DNA of 64,000 bases from Chrysomallon squamiferum (GCA_012295275.1 CM022670.1:14322001-14386000), one strand, 5' to 3'; positions 13,995 through 54,881 are shown, counted from the first letter of the stretch. Made by a program: numbers and translations. Notes: a model not told the origin generated them from the sequence alone.

Positions 13995-14205
13995 ATTCAG
14001 GTGAAATGGTGTACAGATCCATGGAATCGTTGTAGAAAGTACATGTAACACACGACGCAGGTAACGTTACTGGTAACTCAAATAGATATGATAGTCCTGA
14101 TTCTGTAATCATCACTTGTAACCACAAAACTAAATATGTGACTTTTACCTAAACGAAAAATAGATAATGGGCACGCAACAGAAGTGTATTTTGTAAAGGT
14201 ATAAG
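13995..14205 (+). pseudogene. Dead F-type-lectin-like exon 2
   Basis: Fragments NGVQIH...GNVTGNSNRYDSPDSVIITCNHKTKYVTF...DNGHATEVYFVKV, with frameshifts, align to exons 19661-19881 and 52063-52290. Confidence 0.65.
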
Positions 14206-16189
14206 AAAGTGAAAGAAAGTTTAATATATCATTCTTTATCTCCCTGTTTCTTATCGTCCTCCTCTTCCATTTGATAAATTATTATTATCATCATCGTCGT
14301 CGTCAGCTTCTTCAATTCAACAATATAAAAATGATCGTCATCATCAATATTATTATGATCATCATCTTTATCTTAGTAGTTTTTATCCCAATACCTATTT
14401 TATAATTCTAGCGTCAGCATTTCTTTCGTTTCCTTTAAGAAGAGAAAATCAAATGTACAACGCGTTTCTTCTTAATACTTAGTGTTGTTGTTGGTATTAT
14501 TACTCAAGTGTACAAGAACAGCAAACAAGATATTTGAAGAAACTCTTCGATAACACTCAGACTAAAATTGCTTTCTTTCTTTTCTCTTTCTGAACAATCT
14601 GATATATATATAAAACTTACAATTTCAAATTATAAACATTTACGTACTGTTTCGGAAAACCTGTTTACCTAAAGTGTAATACGTCCCTGCGTAACCGACA
14701 TATTTTTTTTTTTAAATAAAACTATCTTGTTATTCACCAACATGCAATGCTGTGTATTCGAAAGCTGATATTCACAAGTTAAATCCTGTTTACAGAATGA
14801 AGAAACTTTCCGGTTGAGTAACTGATCTCAGATGACTTGGCTGTAATGTAAAGGAGTTGAAGGAGTCACGGGTGCAGCTTCACTAATTTGTTTAACAGGC
14901 TTAATCCCAAACTATTTATTGAATTAATGGTAAATATGATAATATTGCCTAGAAATGCCTCCTGCTAGATGATGACGATGTTGATGACAAATAAGAGAAA
15001 AATTTCTTCAAAGAATTTATAATTAAAAATAAAAACAATTTTAATAGATATACAAATATGTGAATTGAATTTTGTTTCCTTTTATTCACAGTTCACTTTA
15101 GCAAGATTTTAAATATTCAACCGAAACAATATATGTACCAAACATGTATGAATGATGTATGAGCATGTTCCTATTATTAAATACCCAAGTATAAATTAAT
15201 TAATTAATTATACGTTGTAGGAATGAATACTCTCAGAGACTGGTTCATGCTGCACTAACCACGCTTCGACTCAGCGTGTTAATCTTGAACACATCTTTGT
15301 CTCTCAAACAAGTCAACTCCACAGTGTATTTAGTTAATCAAGTGATGGAGCATCTGTGCTTCAACGACAATAATAGTTATGCACTCAAACTTTCTAAACA
15401 AATAAAATGTTATATATGAAGATAAATCGTATTGAAAACCAATACTTTATAAGTCAGTTGTTGCTTTACTTTAATTCCAGCTACTTTCAATGCTAAGAAC
15501 TAAAATCGTTAATATAACATATTGACAAATTAAATGTAGTGGCTACTATTTCTGTTTTGTTTCTCGTACATCTCACACAAATAATTAATTAGCTATAATT
15601 CGTTTTCTGCTTCTGGATAAAATGTATGATCATCTGTACAATATCAACTTATCTACTTGCAATTCACACAATGACCCACACAATCTTATTAATATTATTT
15701 TATCATCATCATCATAGTCATCTTCATATATATATAATTTAGAACAGAGTAATATAAAATCAGTTAATAATTTTCACTACATACAACCACTCGTAGTTTG
15801 CATGTTTAAAGTTAGCCTTAATGCGTTGCCGCACATGAAAAGTAACAAAGCGAGTTAAAGTCATGAATTCGTGTTCAGTCAACCGTGACACCTTCCCGGT
15901 TAACAGCTTATCTGTATATGTTTGAACTAATAATGTCAACTATATATTTTCATTTAGCAGTAAGGTATATTTTAAGTACACATTTCAGTCTTTGTTTACC
16001 AGTCAAGTGTCATTGAGCGGTTGAATAAAAGATTTAACAATTTTTAGTCTTCAGATCGGATCATCATATCTTCTAGTGAAGTGTTTAAATTTGTTTCGGA
16101 TATTTGCATTATCTTTCGTAGGTTAGAAGAGCTCGTAGGAAAAAAGCTGATATTTCTCGACAGTAACAAGTTATTCTCCATAAACACAT

Positions 16190-16190
<1 letters not shown>

Positions 16191-16254
<64 letters not shown>
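16191..16254. repeat. (CA)n microsatellite
   Basis: Pure CA run; much shorter at the paired site ~62447-62467. Confidence 0.95.
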
Positions 16255-16259
<5 letters not shown>

Positions 16260-16851
16260 GTAGAACTGGACATTGCATTATTAGACAAATGAACATTGTT
16301 CTAAACAAATATAACTTATGAGATTGTAAATAAATGATCGTGTTGTAATATGTTCAGTGTGAGACCTAATAACTCATGTAATACTGTTTCATACTCTTCT
16401 TATTCATTCATTCATTATCAGTATTCGACTAACATACTAACACACTAACAAATTGTTGGACAGACAACGCTATCTCCCGGACAACGTGGGGCAAGATACT
16501 TTTAACGAGTAGAATCAAGTTTCAAATGGGTAAAGCCTGGAAATCGACACACAATAATCTATCAAAAATTAAATATGGAAGAGTTGATCAAATGATATTA
16601 TTTGTATTGCTGACCGGATCGAGTAAACGTCTGTCCTCGTTATGCAATTAAACAAAAAGCTAGAAAATGAACACTTATCCAGAACGAACCCATATCTGGA
16701 AAATTAAATTGTCAACTAGAAAAACGCATTTACGCAGCAGAGAAACCCCTACAATCTTTCTTACTATGATTATTCTACAATGATACAAGCTAAATTTAAA
16801 TAGGAAAGCACAGGTTATTCTCATAACCGAATCAAAAGATTTCGTTATAGG

Positions 16852-16882
<31 letters not shown>

Positions 16883-18459
16883 GTCAATTCAAAATGCTTC
16901 GTTTGTTAACTATTATAGATGATAGCGTGTGATTTAGACTTTAATGTATTATCTTTCGTTCTCGATTACAAAGTAAAGAAATAGATACACGTACTACAGT
17001 TTGACATGTAAAATATTCCATTCTTAAATTACAATAACATAATGTATAATTATGTATGCATGCATATATGTATATCTGTATGTATGTATGTATGCATCTA
17101 TGTATGTATGTATGTATGCATCTATGTATGTATGTATGTATGTGTGTATATATATGTGTATATGTGTGTATGAATATGTATATATGTATAAGTAGGTACG
17201 TTTATAAGTATGTATGCCTACATGTATGCACGTTTCTATCTAAGTACATGTGTGTGTATGTGGAAATGTATAAATAAAACGAAGCACATATTTAAAATAA
17301 GACATGTTAGATATACCTCAATAAGTAATTAAATACGTGAAATTATATATGTGAGATGTATCTGGGTAAGTAATTAAATATATAAAATAAAACATGTGGG
17401 ACAGCTTAGTAAGTAATCGAATTTTTACGACTGTTGGTTCTACAAATTCACGTATGAGTAATATGTTTAACTGAGTTTATAATCTAATCTGTAGAACTGT
17501 TGTTGTCCATTTCTAATATTTAAGAAATATCTGATATAAGCTTTATAATACCATAGTTCGTTCTCATTGCCATTTATTATATAAACACTGGACTTTCTCC
17601 ATTTTCGACAGTGCCTTCTGAAGGACTAAGCGTCTAATCAGATTGTTTTTTCTTTTTCTTTTATTACGTTTTTATTTCGTCATATGGAGATCAAAGAAAC
17701 ATAAATTAAGCATTCCAAGTCAAAACGGAATTATGTACCAAAACTAGAGGCGCTTTTCAGTACATACTTTCAGGCTGTCCTATTAGTACGAAGGGACTTA
17801 ACTCCGACAAGCGTTATTACAAAAAACTTTATCGTATATCTGAACACATACAAAGACTGAGCCATGGTTTTATTTTAAATAAAAAATGTATATCAATAAA
17901 TAAATAAAATAATAAATAAATAAATAATATACATGTGTTTCTATTTATTTATTTTTTAATATATGTATATTATTATGTAGTCATCAGCATCATCAGTATT
18001 ATTGTGATTTTGTTGTTGCTGTTGCTATTGTTGTTATTATCTTTATCATTTTTATTATTATTGTTATTATTATTATTATTATTACATATCTCCTGTATAT
18101 TATATTTTATTTATTATATGACATTCTATTCTATTTTATTATATTATATTATATTATATTATGTTATATAATACTACAAAGTACTATATTAAAACACGTA
18201 TCATTAGTTGCTGTAATTATTGTGTTTAACTCTGACTTATCTCAGTGTTCACGAAATAATATTTACTAATGCTTATCTTTCTGTATAGAAAATTAAAATG
18301 TGCATTATTCGCATCCTTATTCAAACATGTTTGTTATGCATTTTTCACGACACTATGTAATAAACTCCCTGTTTATCTGTTCACAGAGATGAATTATGGG
18401 AAATTATGTTGTTTAAAAATACATTTACAATTGACTTATTTCTACCAAGTATTCTCGCC

Positions 18460-20519
18460 ATGGCCAGGATGTGCGTAAGTCTTCAGTTTATAATTTATTT
18501 TTAGAATTTACAATCAAGACAGACGAGAGCAAATATGGTAAGTAATTAAATATCTTGTTATTAACTTTTGATCATTCACTGCATATCATAAGAGATGATC
18601 TAATTTTAAAGATAAATTGAAAATTATGAAAAAGAATGTATATGTATCAAGAGAGACACACAATCACACACTTTATTTTTATATATTTATTGTAACATTT
18701 AGTTTTACATTAAACAAAATATCTTAATATGCATACCGGACAAAGAGTGGGTTAATCTGTTTGGATATGCAAAGATATTTTATATTTATATTTACATTAT
18801 AAACTGTTTTAAAAGAAAAAAAATACATTATTTTAATTATTATATTTGCAACATGGAATAATATTGAAGTAACAGCGTTAAAATAGCAAAAATAGGTCAT
18901 TAGGAAATAAAAGGAAATAGCAGTATAAACCATTTCATAGGTTGATGCACTGTTGTCAGATGCAAATAAAACAATGAATTGATAATAACAGTTATTTATA
19001 AACACATCACATTTCACTTTTAACATAATAATATTTGCATACCACGTTACTTAAAATCTATTTTCAGATATGACTATAAAAAGTCAAACCAGATGTATAC
19101 TCTAATTTTAAATGTATTTTTATTTATTATTGCTGATTCAATAAATACGGATTTAGTCCTTTAAATTTTGACGGTGTAACGTATGGGTACATGCTCAGTA
19201 ATAAAACCAACCTTACAGCTGGTGGGAAGTGGATTTGGAAACTACATATTTTGTTTTTCATGTTAAAATCTATTTCAGATATGACTATAAGTAAATCTAA
19301 TTTTATTATTATTATTATTAATAATACCGATTTCTCACAATAATAAAAAGCCACCGTCTGCTAATGCGAAAATAATTATTATGTGTTACAAAGATACCTT
19401 CTTCCTCAAATACAAAAACTACTAGAAACAGAGAAAGAAAGTTTGCCATCTATTAACTGTATAACATCCACCATTTTCAGACGCACATAAGGTTATAAGC
19501 TCCCAAATAAACTGTTTTATTCCTGAAATAATACACACCACCTTCTTCCAATGGCTCACGACGTTTTGTAACTGCTGTGTTCGTGCTATCTTTCAAATTC
19601 CATTAGAGCATTATATACATATGATAAATCAGATTTAAAACGAAAACAAATGTGATTTAGAGACATTGAGAAGAAATGGTGTACAAGTGTACGCAAACAC
19701 ACTAGCGGGAGAATCCAAAACAGGGTTTATGCGTGGTAATGTTACTGGTAAATCAGATGGATCTGACATTGACGAAGTCGTAAGTATAATTTGTAACGTC
19801 AACGCTAGATATGTGACATTTATCAAGGAACAGATAATGGAGGATCGACAGCACTGGATTTTGTAGAACTTGAAGTTTATAGTAAGTAAAGGCATATTTG
19901 ATTTTGCTTCTCACTGAATAGTAGATGTAATATTATTAGTAGTAGTAATAGTAATAGTAGTAGTAGTAGTAACAGTAGTAGTAGTAGGAGTAGTAGTAGG
20001 AGTAATAGTAGTAGTAATTGTGTTTGTGTTATTTTTACAATATTTTTTGGAAACCGTTTGGAAAGTATTAATATCGTATTTATATTTATCAGCTTGTGTA
20101 ACAGGATATTATGGTTCTAACTGTGACAAATTGTGTGAAAGTCGATACTGTCAACAGAACTCATCATGTCCTGCAGACAATGGATCTTGTACTAAATGAT
20201 GTCAAGCTGAATGGAGAGGATCAGACTGTACAAACCGTACTTATGTATGTGTGAGTGTGTTGGTTGGTGGGTGTGGGTTGTGTGTGTTGGTGTGTGTGAA
20301 GGTTGTGTGTATTTGTATGTATGAGTCTGTGTGCATGTTGTGTGTGTGTGTTTTGTCAGAGTGTTTGTTTCTACGTGTGTATGAGATACAGAGAGGTTCC
20401 GGATGTTCAAAGCGATGTCCAAATTGTCACTGTTTTCTAAACTCGTCGTGTGATTGAAACACTAGAACATGTATCGCGTGTTATCGGTAAGGATCGGTAA
20501 ACACAGACTGTTCTGAAAG
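18460..20519 (+). pseudogene. Lectin-EGF pseudogene (signal exon, F-type lectin exons, two EGF exons), arm A copy
   Basis: Signal exon 18460-18537 has TTG>TAG and a 1-nt deletion relative to B. Lectin exon 1 remnant ~19147-19286 reads QPYSWWEVDLETTYFVFHVKIYFRYD with no gt donor. Lectin exon 2 at 19661-19881 is frameshifted. EGF exon 20093-20236 has TGA at 20197. EGF remnant ~20395-20519 has stops. Confidence 0.82.
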
Positions 20520-20744
20520 TAAGTTAGAAAAAAACTTAAACTGCTAATAAATGGTTTCCGCAGTCTCCTCAATTTCTAGCTATATCTTCATTATCTTCTA
20601 TTTTTGTTATTGCGTTATATTTCATTACGTTACATTATGTTATATTATACATTTATTTCTTTGAATTATTACAGTTTGTCATATAGGAACGTACGGATTC
20701 AAAGTATTGTACGGCAATACATGTCTATAATACATGTCCACACA

Positions 20745-20804
<60 letters not shown>

Positions 20805-20810
20805 CCATAA

Positions 20811-21190
<380 letters not shown>

Positions 21191-21780
21191 TTTCAAATTA
21201 TAAACACTTACGTCCTGTTTCCTGAAACCCCCCTACCAAAAGTATAATCCGCCCCTGAATTGTCCAGTAAGCGACAGAAAACATTTAAACCAAAACTCTC
21301 TTGTTATTCACCAACAAACAATATTGTTTCCCCCCACTACCGAAAGCAAATATTCACAAATTAAATCCGATTTACAGAATGGAGAATCTTCCGGGTTGAG
21401 TAACTGATCGTAGATGAGTTGACTGTAATGTAAACAACGAGTAGTTCATGCAGTTACGGCTGCGGTTTCACTAATTTTGTTAATGTGCTTAATCACAAAC
21501 CATTTATTTAATTAGTGATAAGGAGGGTGATAATCATTAAAATGCCTCCTGCATGATGGTGATGGTGAACAAAAATATATTTATAAAGAACTAATAATTT
21601 AAAATAAATAAATGTACAAATAAATGTAAAGATATATGAATTGATTTTAATTTCATCTTATTCACAGTTCTATTTAACAAGACGGTTTGAAATATACAAA
21701 AAAAACACAAAAAAAACGTAAGTACGCCGGCATTTATGAATGGATGTATGTGCATGTTCCTATCATTATATATCCAAATG

Positions 21781-21833
<53 letters not shown>

Positions 21834-22934
21834 CGTGTGACAGTGGAAGGAATGCACACGCTCAAAGGATGGTTCATCCTACAACAAACCACGCCTCGAC
21901 ACAGCATATTAAACATGAACAATCCTTTGTCTCTTAAACAAGTCAAACCCACAGTGTATTTAGTTAATCACGTGATACAACTTGTGTGTTTCAACGACAA
22001 TAATAGTGATACACTGAACTTTTCTAAATTAATTACGGTTTGCAGAGACAAACACTTGTTAGTTGACAGTGACTAAGTTTTTACAACATGGCTACAGTGT
22101 GGATGTTTTTTGTTTTTGTTGTGTATTTTATTTCTTTGTGTCATATCAGGATTTTTGCAAAGTTTGGTAAGTCGATTTTCAAATATTATAGAAAAATAAA
22201 ACTTCTGCCCTTGTTCTACCCGTATTTGTGTATGTATGGATCTATATATGTATGTACGTATATGTGTGTGTTTGATGAAATATATACATCTGTATGTATG
22301 TATGTATATTAAAATTCCATGTGTATTCCAGTGAACTGCAAGCACTATGTAGAAATTTCTAAAACTAAAACGTCGTATAGTGACAATACAAATTAAATGT
22401 ATGGAATTTGTGTTCGAGTTTTAACGATATGTCAGCACAGGCGTGTATTACTAGTTATGAACGATGTAAAAATGATAAGTGAGATGAACAGCCTATAATT
22501 TAGTCATTTAATAAGTTTTACTTAGCGGTGTAAAATATTTTCTTTGTACAGTCTATACAGTGTAGATAACGGTTCTCGACTCAGTTCACCTGAAACCTGT
22601 TAAATCTACATCACGGTGTGTGGATGAAGTCGCAAAACTTATTATATCTGAGATCTCTGCGACTAAATTATAGACAGTTCACCTTAAATTTTGATTGTGA
22701 ATGCACTTCTTTTATATCTTTGTGTATGTGCTGTGTGTGTGTGTTTGTGTGTGTGTGTGCGTGTGTTTCTGTGTGTGTGTGTGTGTGTGTGTGTTTGTGT
22801 GTGTGTGTCTGGATGTATAGATATAGATATAGATACAGATATGTAGATGTAGATGGAGATGTAGATATAAATAGAAGGATATATGCCATTTTAATCAGAC
22901 GGAGTAGCGGCTTATAAAGATTAATATGATATTA

Positions 22935-23060
22935 AACTGGATTATATTTGTAATAACTGTTATGAAATTCGAATATATTTATAACGAATGTTATAAAATT
23001 GGAATACATTTGTAAGAATGTAATGAAATTGGAACATATTTGAAAAGAATATTACAATTA
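22935..23060. repeat. ~30-bp minisatellite (gttatgaaattggaatatatttgtaagaat-like), about 4 units
   Basis: Imperfect tandem units; cleaner reverse-complement copy at ~55530-55645. Confidence 0.75.
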
Positions 23061-25588
23061 AACGTTTATCGAGTGTCAGATAACAATGTCACTGATGACT
23101 GTGTGTTTTGTGTCCGAGATTTTTCTTTCATATTTCTCTCCAAAGCAATTTCTTTTGCCATGATTCCATGTTCAAATTCGGTTGCAAATATCTGCTTTCC
23201 GTAGTGGCAGCAAAAGATTTAATTTGTTTTGTCATTTTAAGAATGTTAGTGTACGAAAGTTCGATTATACAGTCAATGTGGATGTCGTCAGTTCATTCAG
23301 ATTTTTCAATTTACCGACGCTACTCTAACAAAATGATGGTTTCGTACAGCTGATGGTAATTGTCACTAAGTTTTAAAATATCAAATATTGCTTGTCTCAA
23401 TATTTTAAATTGAATAGCCAGGGATCACAGGTGGGGTTTATCGACATAGGCGACATACTCTCCGTTTTCTACTAAACTTCGCTTTACTTTTACCTGTAAG
23501 CAAAGTCTATATTGCCTTCTTTTTAATTTTTTTAATTTTTCTTAATTTTATTTATTTATTATAATAATAATTATTATTATTTTAAATATATGACTTGGGA
23601 GTGGAAAGGATCGATACTTTTTGCCTCCATTTTGTTCAACGATGACGAGAACGCATTTTGCGATATTTCCATCAAATTATATTTATTAATACATCATGTG
23701 ATCAAGCGTATGAATTGCTGCAAAAATGCATTGTTTTACTTTTGTTATTAGAGGCTGACAACAAACAGAGTTCCTTTAAACTTGTATACAAATTAGATTT
23801 CTTGAAATAGACATGATAAATGACTTTAAGAATTATTTGTAAGAAGACCCAGACACTCGAGAAAGGAGGCTGCCAGTAATTGTAAACAAACAAAAGAATA
23901 TATATTTTGTTAAATCATCTTATCACTTATGGCATCAGTCTGTAGTCAGTATTTTCATGAAGGTCCTGTTTTATTAGAAACAACATCGATCTGTAAATGA
24001 AAATGGCTTGGTTATATTGTTCTGTCTCATTTCGCCTTTACGAAACCTGATTTCATCCTAATGTGTCTAGAGGGAGAAGTGACTTATCTCTATTTTTCTA
24101 GCCTAGCGTAAACCTTCTACAGCTCAGTATTTCTGTTTACACACTCGATTTGATGGAAACTCTTCTACTAATTTTTCTTTAGAAAGTTCGAATCATTGTC
24201 GTTTTCTTATATTTATTTATTTATTTATTTATCTCATAAAACTCACGAGTTCTCTATTTCCGCAACATTATTTTGTTGCCTGTGTTAAAAAATATATATA
24301 TAAATAAAAGAAATATACATATTATTATAACGAGCGTTTCTACTGCCATTAATATTGTGATTTGTTTTTCATACGTTTTATCTTATTCGTGTCACACTGT
24401 TAATATAGTTGAGATCGTTGTAATGTAGATTTAATGGTATTTTTTTTAATTACATATGTGTGTGTGTGAATAAATAAATAAATAAATAGCACACACACAC
24501 ACATACACGTACATATATATATATATATATTCATACTATTTATTATTCATTATTTAATTAGAGTGTTATGTGATAGTATTTCTTTTATTCTTGTTTCTTT
24601 GTTTCTGCTTCTAATTATTTTTAATTTTTATTTCTGAGTTTTTACGAGATGTAATAATTCATTTTGCAGCAGTAATTACCGTTACTTGCGGGTGACATTT
24701 CAAAAGCCTGAAATATTTAAGACAGAAAAATGAGTCAGTCAAATATCTAAAAATTGTTATTTTCATGTCTAAGATAAATTTCCTACTGTAATTTTTTTTA
24801 TTTCTTTATAATATCTGAATTGCCGATATTACTAAATAACATACATGTCATTGTGATAGATTATATTAAACTTAAAAGTTACTGTTATTCTTCATGTACT
24901 CTGTATGATGCAAGTAATATTATATGGAGAGTTGTGTTTCCTGTATTCTGATATGACAATAAGTTTGTAAGTTACAGATCCGCTGGTAGAATGAAAATAG
25001 CTGAACTTCCTTGTTCTGATCATCAAACTCAACATACAGCATTACTGTAATCTAGAAACACTTTAATTTTTTTCTGTTTTGTATTGTTCCGTTGTACATT
25101 CAACATAATATTGTCTGACATGCAAATAACAACATTGGTGTCGCCTCATGATTACGTAATATTAGTCACTTTTTCTGTATATATATTTCAAGACAAGAAT
25201 AATACACATTTCTTTATATAGTAACCTCAGCAGTAGAGACAAAAACATGATGGGTTCTGATTTTCAACTCTTGTCCTAACCAGTGTTCAGTATTTTATTA
25301 AAAGTGTGATATTTACTTTTCCCTTTTAGGAAACAGTAAATAAACGTACATTGCTGCTAATTAAAAAGGTTAATATGCCGCATATTTTTTTTTTATTTTT
25401 TATTTTTTTTTAATTCTGTTTTTTATATATATATTTTTGTTCTTTTACTTTCTTAAATAAAAATTTAACAATAAATATTTGTATAATATTTTCTTATAAA
25501 AGTTCACTATTATGTGAAATACTGGATTTGCTTATTTCCTTTTGTTAAATAAAACCATTTTTTATTTATTTTCTACTTCTATTTACAG

Positions 25589-36088
<10,500 letters not shown>

Positions 36089-36161
36089 GTAAATTTCTAA
36101 ATTCAACAATGTGTTTCTAAGCAGATAAATGATTATTTATTGCTGTATCAATCATATCATT

Positions 36162-36361
36162 NNNNNNNNNNNNNNNNNNNNNNNNNNNNNNNNNNNNNNN
36201 NNNNNNNNNNNNNNNNNNNNNNNNNNNNNNNNNNNNNNNNNNNNNNNNNNNNNNNNNNNNNNNNNNNNNNNNNNNNNNNNNNNNNNNNNNNNNNNNNNNN
36301 NNNNNNNNNNNNNNNNNNNNNNNNNNNNNNNNNNNNNNNNNNNNNNNNNNNNNNNNNNNNN
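36162..36361. other. Assembly gap (200 N)
   Basis: Run of exactly 200 N, typical of a fixed-size scaffolding join. Confidence 0.98.
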
Positions 36362-36610
36362 TTAAATAATTACATTGCGCAACCGGCCCATTATGTATGT
36401 AGTACTTATATCTGAAATATTTACACTGAATATAACGTGCTTCACAACAGCTAGCTCTGATTAGCACGTTAATTTCTTTTCATTCATACACTGAATATAT
36501 ATTGTAGAACATTTCTGCGACGACCATAGTTTGCAAATTTAAATTATATATTAAAATAAAAAGGGAAAATGTGCGTGTTAAAATGAAAGAATTCAGCAAT
36601 ATGTGAGTGT

Positions 36611-36732
36611 GTGTGTTTTCACGGATGTTTGCCAAACACCGACTCCGTAACTCTGATAACCTGTCTGACAAGAATTAGTGAAAAATTACAAGAAGAAAAA
36701 ATCACAACACATCCTGTCAGTGTTGTTTACAG
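36611..36732 (+). pseudogene. Orphan, 5'-truncated PTP D2 exon
   Basis: CFHGCLPNTDSVTLITCLTRISEKLQEEKITTHPVSVVYR versus CIHGWLPTTDSETLITCLTTISEKLQQKNITTQPITVVYR at 39433-39584. No gt donor and no matching acceptor. Confidence 0.75.
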
Positions 36733-36747
36733 GATGCTGACTTTTAA

Positions 36748-36826
<79 letters not shown>

Positions 36827-38392
36827 AATATTGTCTTTCGTCATGTTTCTGACAAAGCTATCAAATAAAGTGAAGACTTCCTTAAGCTGAATGAAATCGC
36901 CGAACGTTTCCTGAATCAGGAAGCAATCTTTTAAACTAGAACTAAGAATAGTTATTGTACTGCAGCGGTGAAGTGCTTTGTTTAAGTGTTTATTTTAGTC
37001 TTTTTATGTATAACATTCGAAACAATCCTTTCTATATATTCAATGATAACATATACAATAACCGCCAATAAATGTCTGTCTGTTTTAGATACATTTTGGA
37101 TCTACCGCATATAAAACTCCCATAACTAATGCATTTTCTGATATGAATTACGAACAGTCAAAATAAAAAAAATAATTAAACAAATTTAAAAAATAAAAAA
37201 TAAAAAATATAAAATAAAAAGCCAATAAAGAAATGTCTAACATATACATACAGAAACAACATGAACACTGAATTACTAGAAGGCACCACTATTTCCCTTT
37301 GTTATGATCTCATATCCGAAGCAAATGAGGTTAAAACATAGACCCATACACAAACACACACATAAACATACATACATATAGATACCCCACCCACAGATAT
37401 ACATAGACACACATAATAAATATACACAAATGTAAATACATAAAAACATACTTAAACAAAAATTGCAATATTTATTTATGAAGATTTTCTTTAATAATCT
37501 GAGTACAATTTTATTTTCTGTGTAATAGATACAAAACGAAAACAAGGTAAAGAGGAAAGTTACAAATTTTCTTTATTACATACTCAGCATAAAAGTAAAA
37601 AAAAAAAAACTAAAACTAATAATAAAAGAAAAAAGAAAACATAAAAAAGAAAGAAAGAAAGAAAAACAAAACAAAAAGAAACAATGACTCACTTGAAAAA
37701 TAAAGCAAAAAGTCAACAATTGAGATATATGTATATGTACATATAAATGAGAAAGAAAGATTGTATTATGGCATAATATGAAAACTTTGACATCCAATTT
37801 CATTTGTTGAAAAGATTAATCATACATGCAAATGTTGACAGATAAAAATATTGTACAAAATGTAACATCAATATTAGATAGGTAAAAGGCATACACAAAT
37901 CCTGTTGACAAAAACAAATATTAGCAAATATCAAACAAACCATTTAAAAATATTTTATGCAGCTTTCTTCATTTACCCGAATTAAACTAGTTTTATAAAA
38001 GAAGTATTTGTCAAGATATAAAAATTTTGCGGCTTCATGTGCATATTATGGATGACAAAAGAAGAAAGACGACACCGAAAATTGTTTTAACACAAGTCGG
38101 TTTGTATTCATAATTATTACTCACTCAGTATCTGTTGACTCTTCAGTCATAGATACAGTATCATCATGTATAATATCAACATTATGAACATCATATAAAA
38201 CTGTTCATTAAATGGTGCGATTAGAACCGTTATTGAAACATTGGTTTAATATTACCTGCATACAAGTTGAACCTTCGCAGATTACAGAAGCAGAATCAAA
38301 ACAAAAATTAATTCACACTCAAAAATTAATTATTGTGAGTTTATTATGTTAACTGTTTTTATGTTAATTATGTACACATGTATAGACAAACT

Positions 38393-53085
<14,693 letters not shown>

Positions 53086-54759
53086 CTGTAAACAAAAGTA
53101 GAAAATAATTATAAAATGTTTATATTTAACAACAAGAAATAAGCAAATACAATATCTCACAGAAAACTGAAATTATATAAGAAAAAAATATATATATTAT
53201 TGTTAAATTTTATATTTCAGAAAGTAAAATGAAATAAATGTATTATGCACCACTAGAAACTGAAACGTTTAGCTAAGATACAAATGAAGACGAGAGTAAC
53301 TGATAATCTGCAATATTCTACATATCTGTATAACAAGTGAAAAAAAGATTAATAAACATATTTGTGAAACTAAATAAAAAACAAAAATAATAAAAACAAA
53401 AATTAAATAAAAAATTAAAATATTCGGCATATTAACCTTTTTAATTAGCAGCAATGTCCGTTTATTTACTGTTTCTTTCAGAGGGAAAAGTAGATATCAC
53501 ACTTTTAATAAAATACTGAACACAGGTTAGGGCAAGAACTATCTTGATGGAGCCATTAATCAGAAGCCATCATGTTTCTATCTACTACGTTGCTGAGGTT
53601 ATTCTATAAAGATATCTTTATTATTCTTGTCAACTGACAGAAAGTCAAGTGACTAGTATTACATAAACATAAGGCCACACCAATGTAATTATTTGTATGT
53701 CAGTCAATATTATGTGAGCAGTAGAGAACGGAACAATTATAGTGTTTCTAGTTTACAGAAATGCTGTATGTTGAGTTAGATGTTCAGAACAAGGAAGTTA
53801 AGTTATTTTCATCCTACCATCGAATCTATCACTTACAAACTTATTGTCATACCAGAATACAGGAAACACAACTCTTCATGTAATATTACTTGCATCATAC
53901 AGAGTACATCATTGAATAACAGAAACGTTTAAATTTAGTACAGTATATCACAATGATATGTATGTTATTCAGTGGCATCGGCAAATCAGATATTTTATAA
54001 ATGTAAAGAAATAAAGAAATTACATTCGGAAATTTATCTTAGACATGAAAATAACAAGTCAAAAAAATAACAGCATATAAATTTAATTTTCACAATGTTT
54101 GAAAACTTAAATATTCAGTTAAATATGTATTGGTTTAAGATATTTGTATTTATTTATTTGTTTGTTCGACTGTTACTTTATTTATTTATTTGTTTTTTTC
54201 TCTTGTTTCTCTCATTAAAAATATTATGGATTCATTTGACTATCACAATTTTTAGATATTTGACAAATTCATTTTTAGGCCTTATAATGTTTCAGGCTTT
54301 TAAAATGTCACCCGTCAGTTTTACGAAATAAATAAATAAATAAATAAGAAAATGACAATGAATCGAACTTTGTAAAGGAAAATTAGTAGAAGAGTTTCAA
54401 TCAAATCCAGTGTGTAAACAGAAATACTGAGCTGTAGAAGGTTTACGCTAGGCTAGAAAAATAGAGATAAGTAACTTCTCCCTCTAGACACATTAGGATG
54501 AAATCAGGTTTCGTAAAGGCGAAATGAGACAGAACAACATAACCGAGCCATTCTCATTTACAGATCGATGTTGTTTCTAATAAAACAGGATCTTCAAGAA
54601 AATATTGCGTACAGACTTATGCCATAAGTGATAAAATTATTTAACAAAATATTTATTCTTATGTTTGTTTACAATTACTGGCAGCCTCCTTTCTCGAGTG
54701 TCTGGGTCTTCTTACAAATAATTCTTAAAGGCATTTATCATGTCTATATCAAGAAATTT

Positions 54760-54881
54760 AATTTGTATACAAGTTTAAAGGAACTCTGTTTATTGTTAGT
54801 AATTTGTATACAAATTTAAAGGAACTCTGTTTATTGTTAGTAATTTGTATACAAATTTAAAGGAACTCTGTTTATTGTCAG
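54760..54881. repeat. 41-bp tandem repeat, 3 units
   Basis: aatttgtatacaaatttaaaggaactctgtttattgttagt-like units start at 54760, 54801 and 54842. Arm A has a single unit at ~23755-23795. Confidence 0.9.

Noticed and set aside
22073-22345. ORFs conserved between the two arms (e.g. 22073-22345 and 56244-56516; 21837-22076 and 56513-56752)
   Set aside because: Their conservation simply reflects the recent duplication of non-coding DNA; they have no protein-like features.
53837-53898. ATG-initiated exon candidate MMQVILHEELCFLYSGMTIS|gtaagt (paired with ~24905-24966)
   Set aside because: It ends in phase 2, incompatible with the phase-1 lectin acceptor, and is a poor signal peptide.
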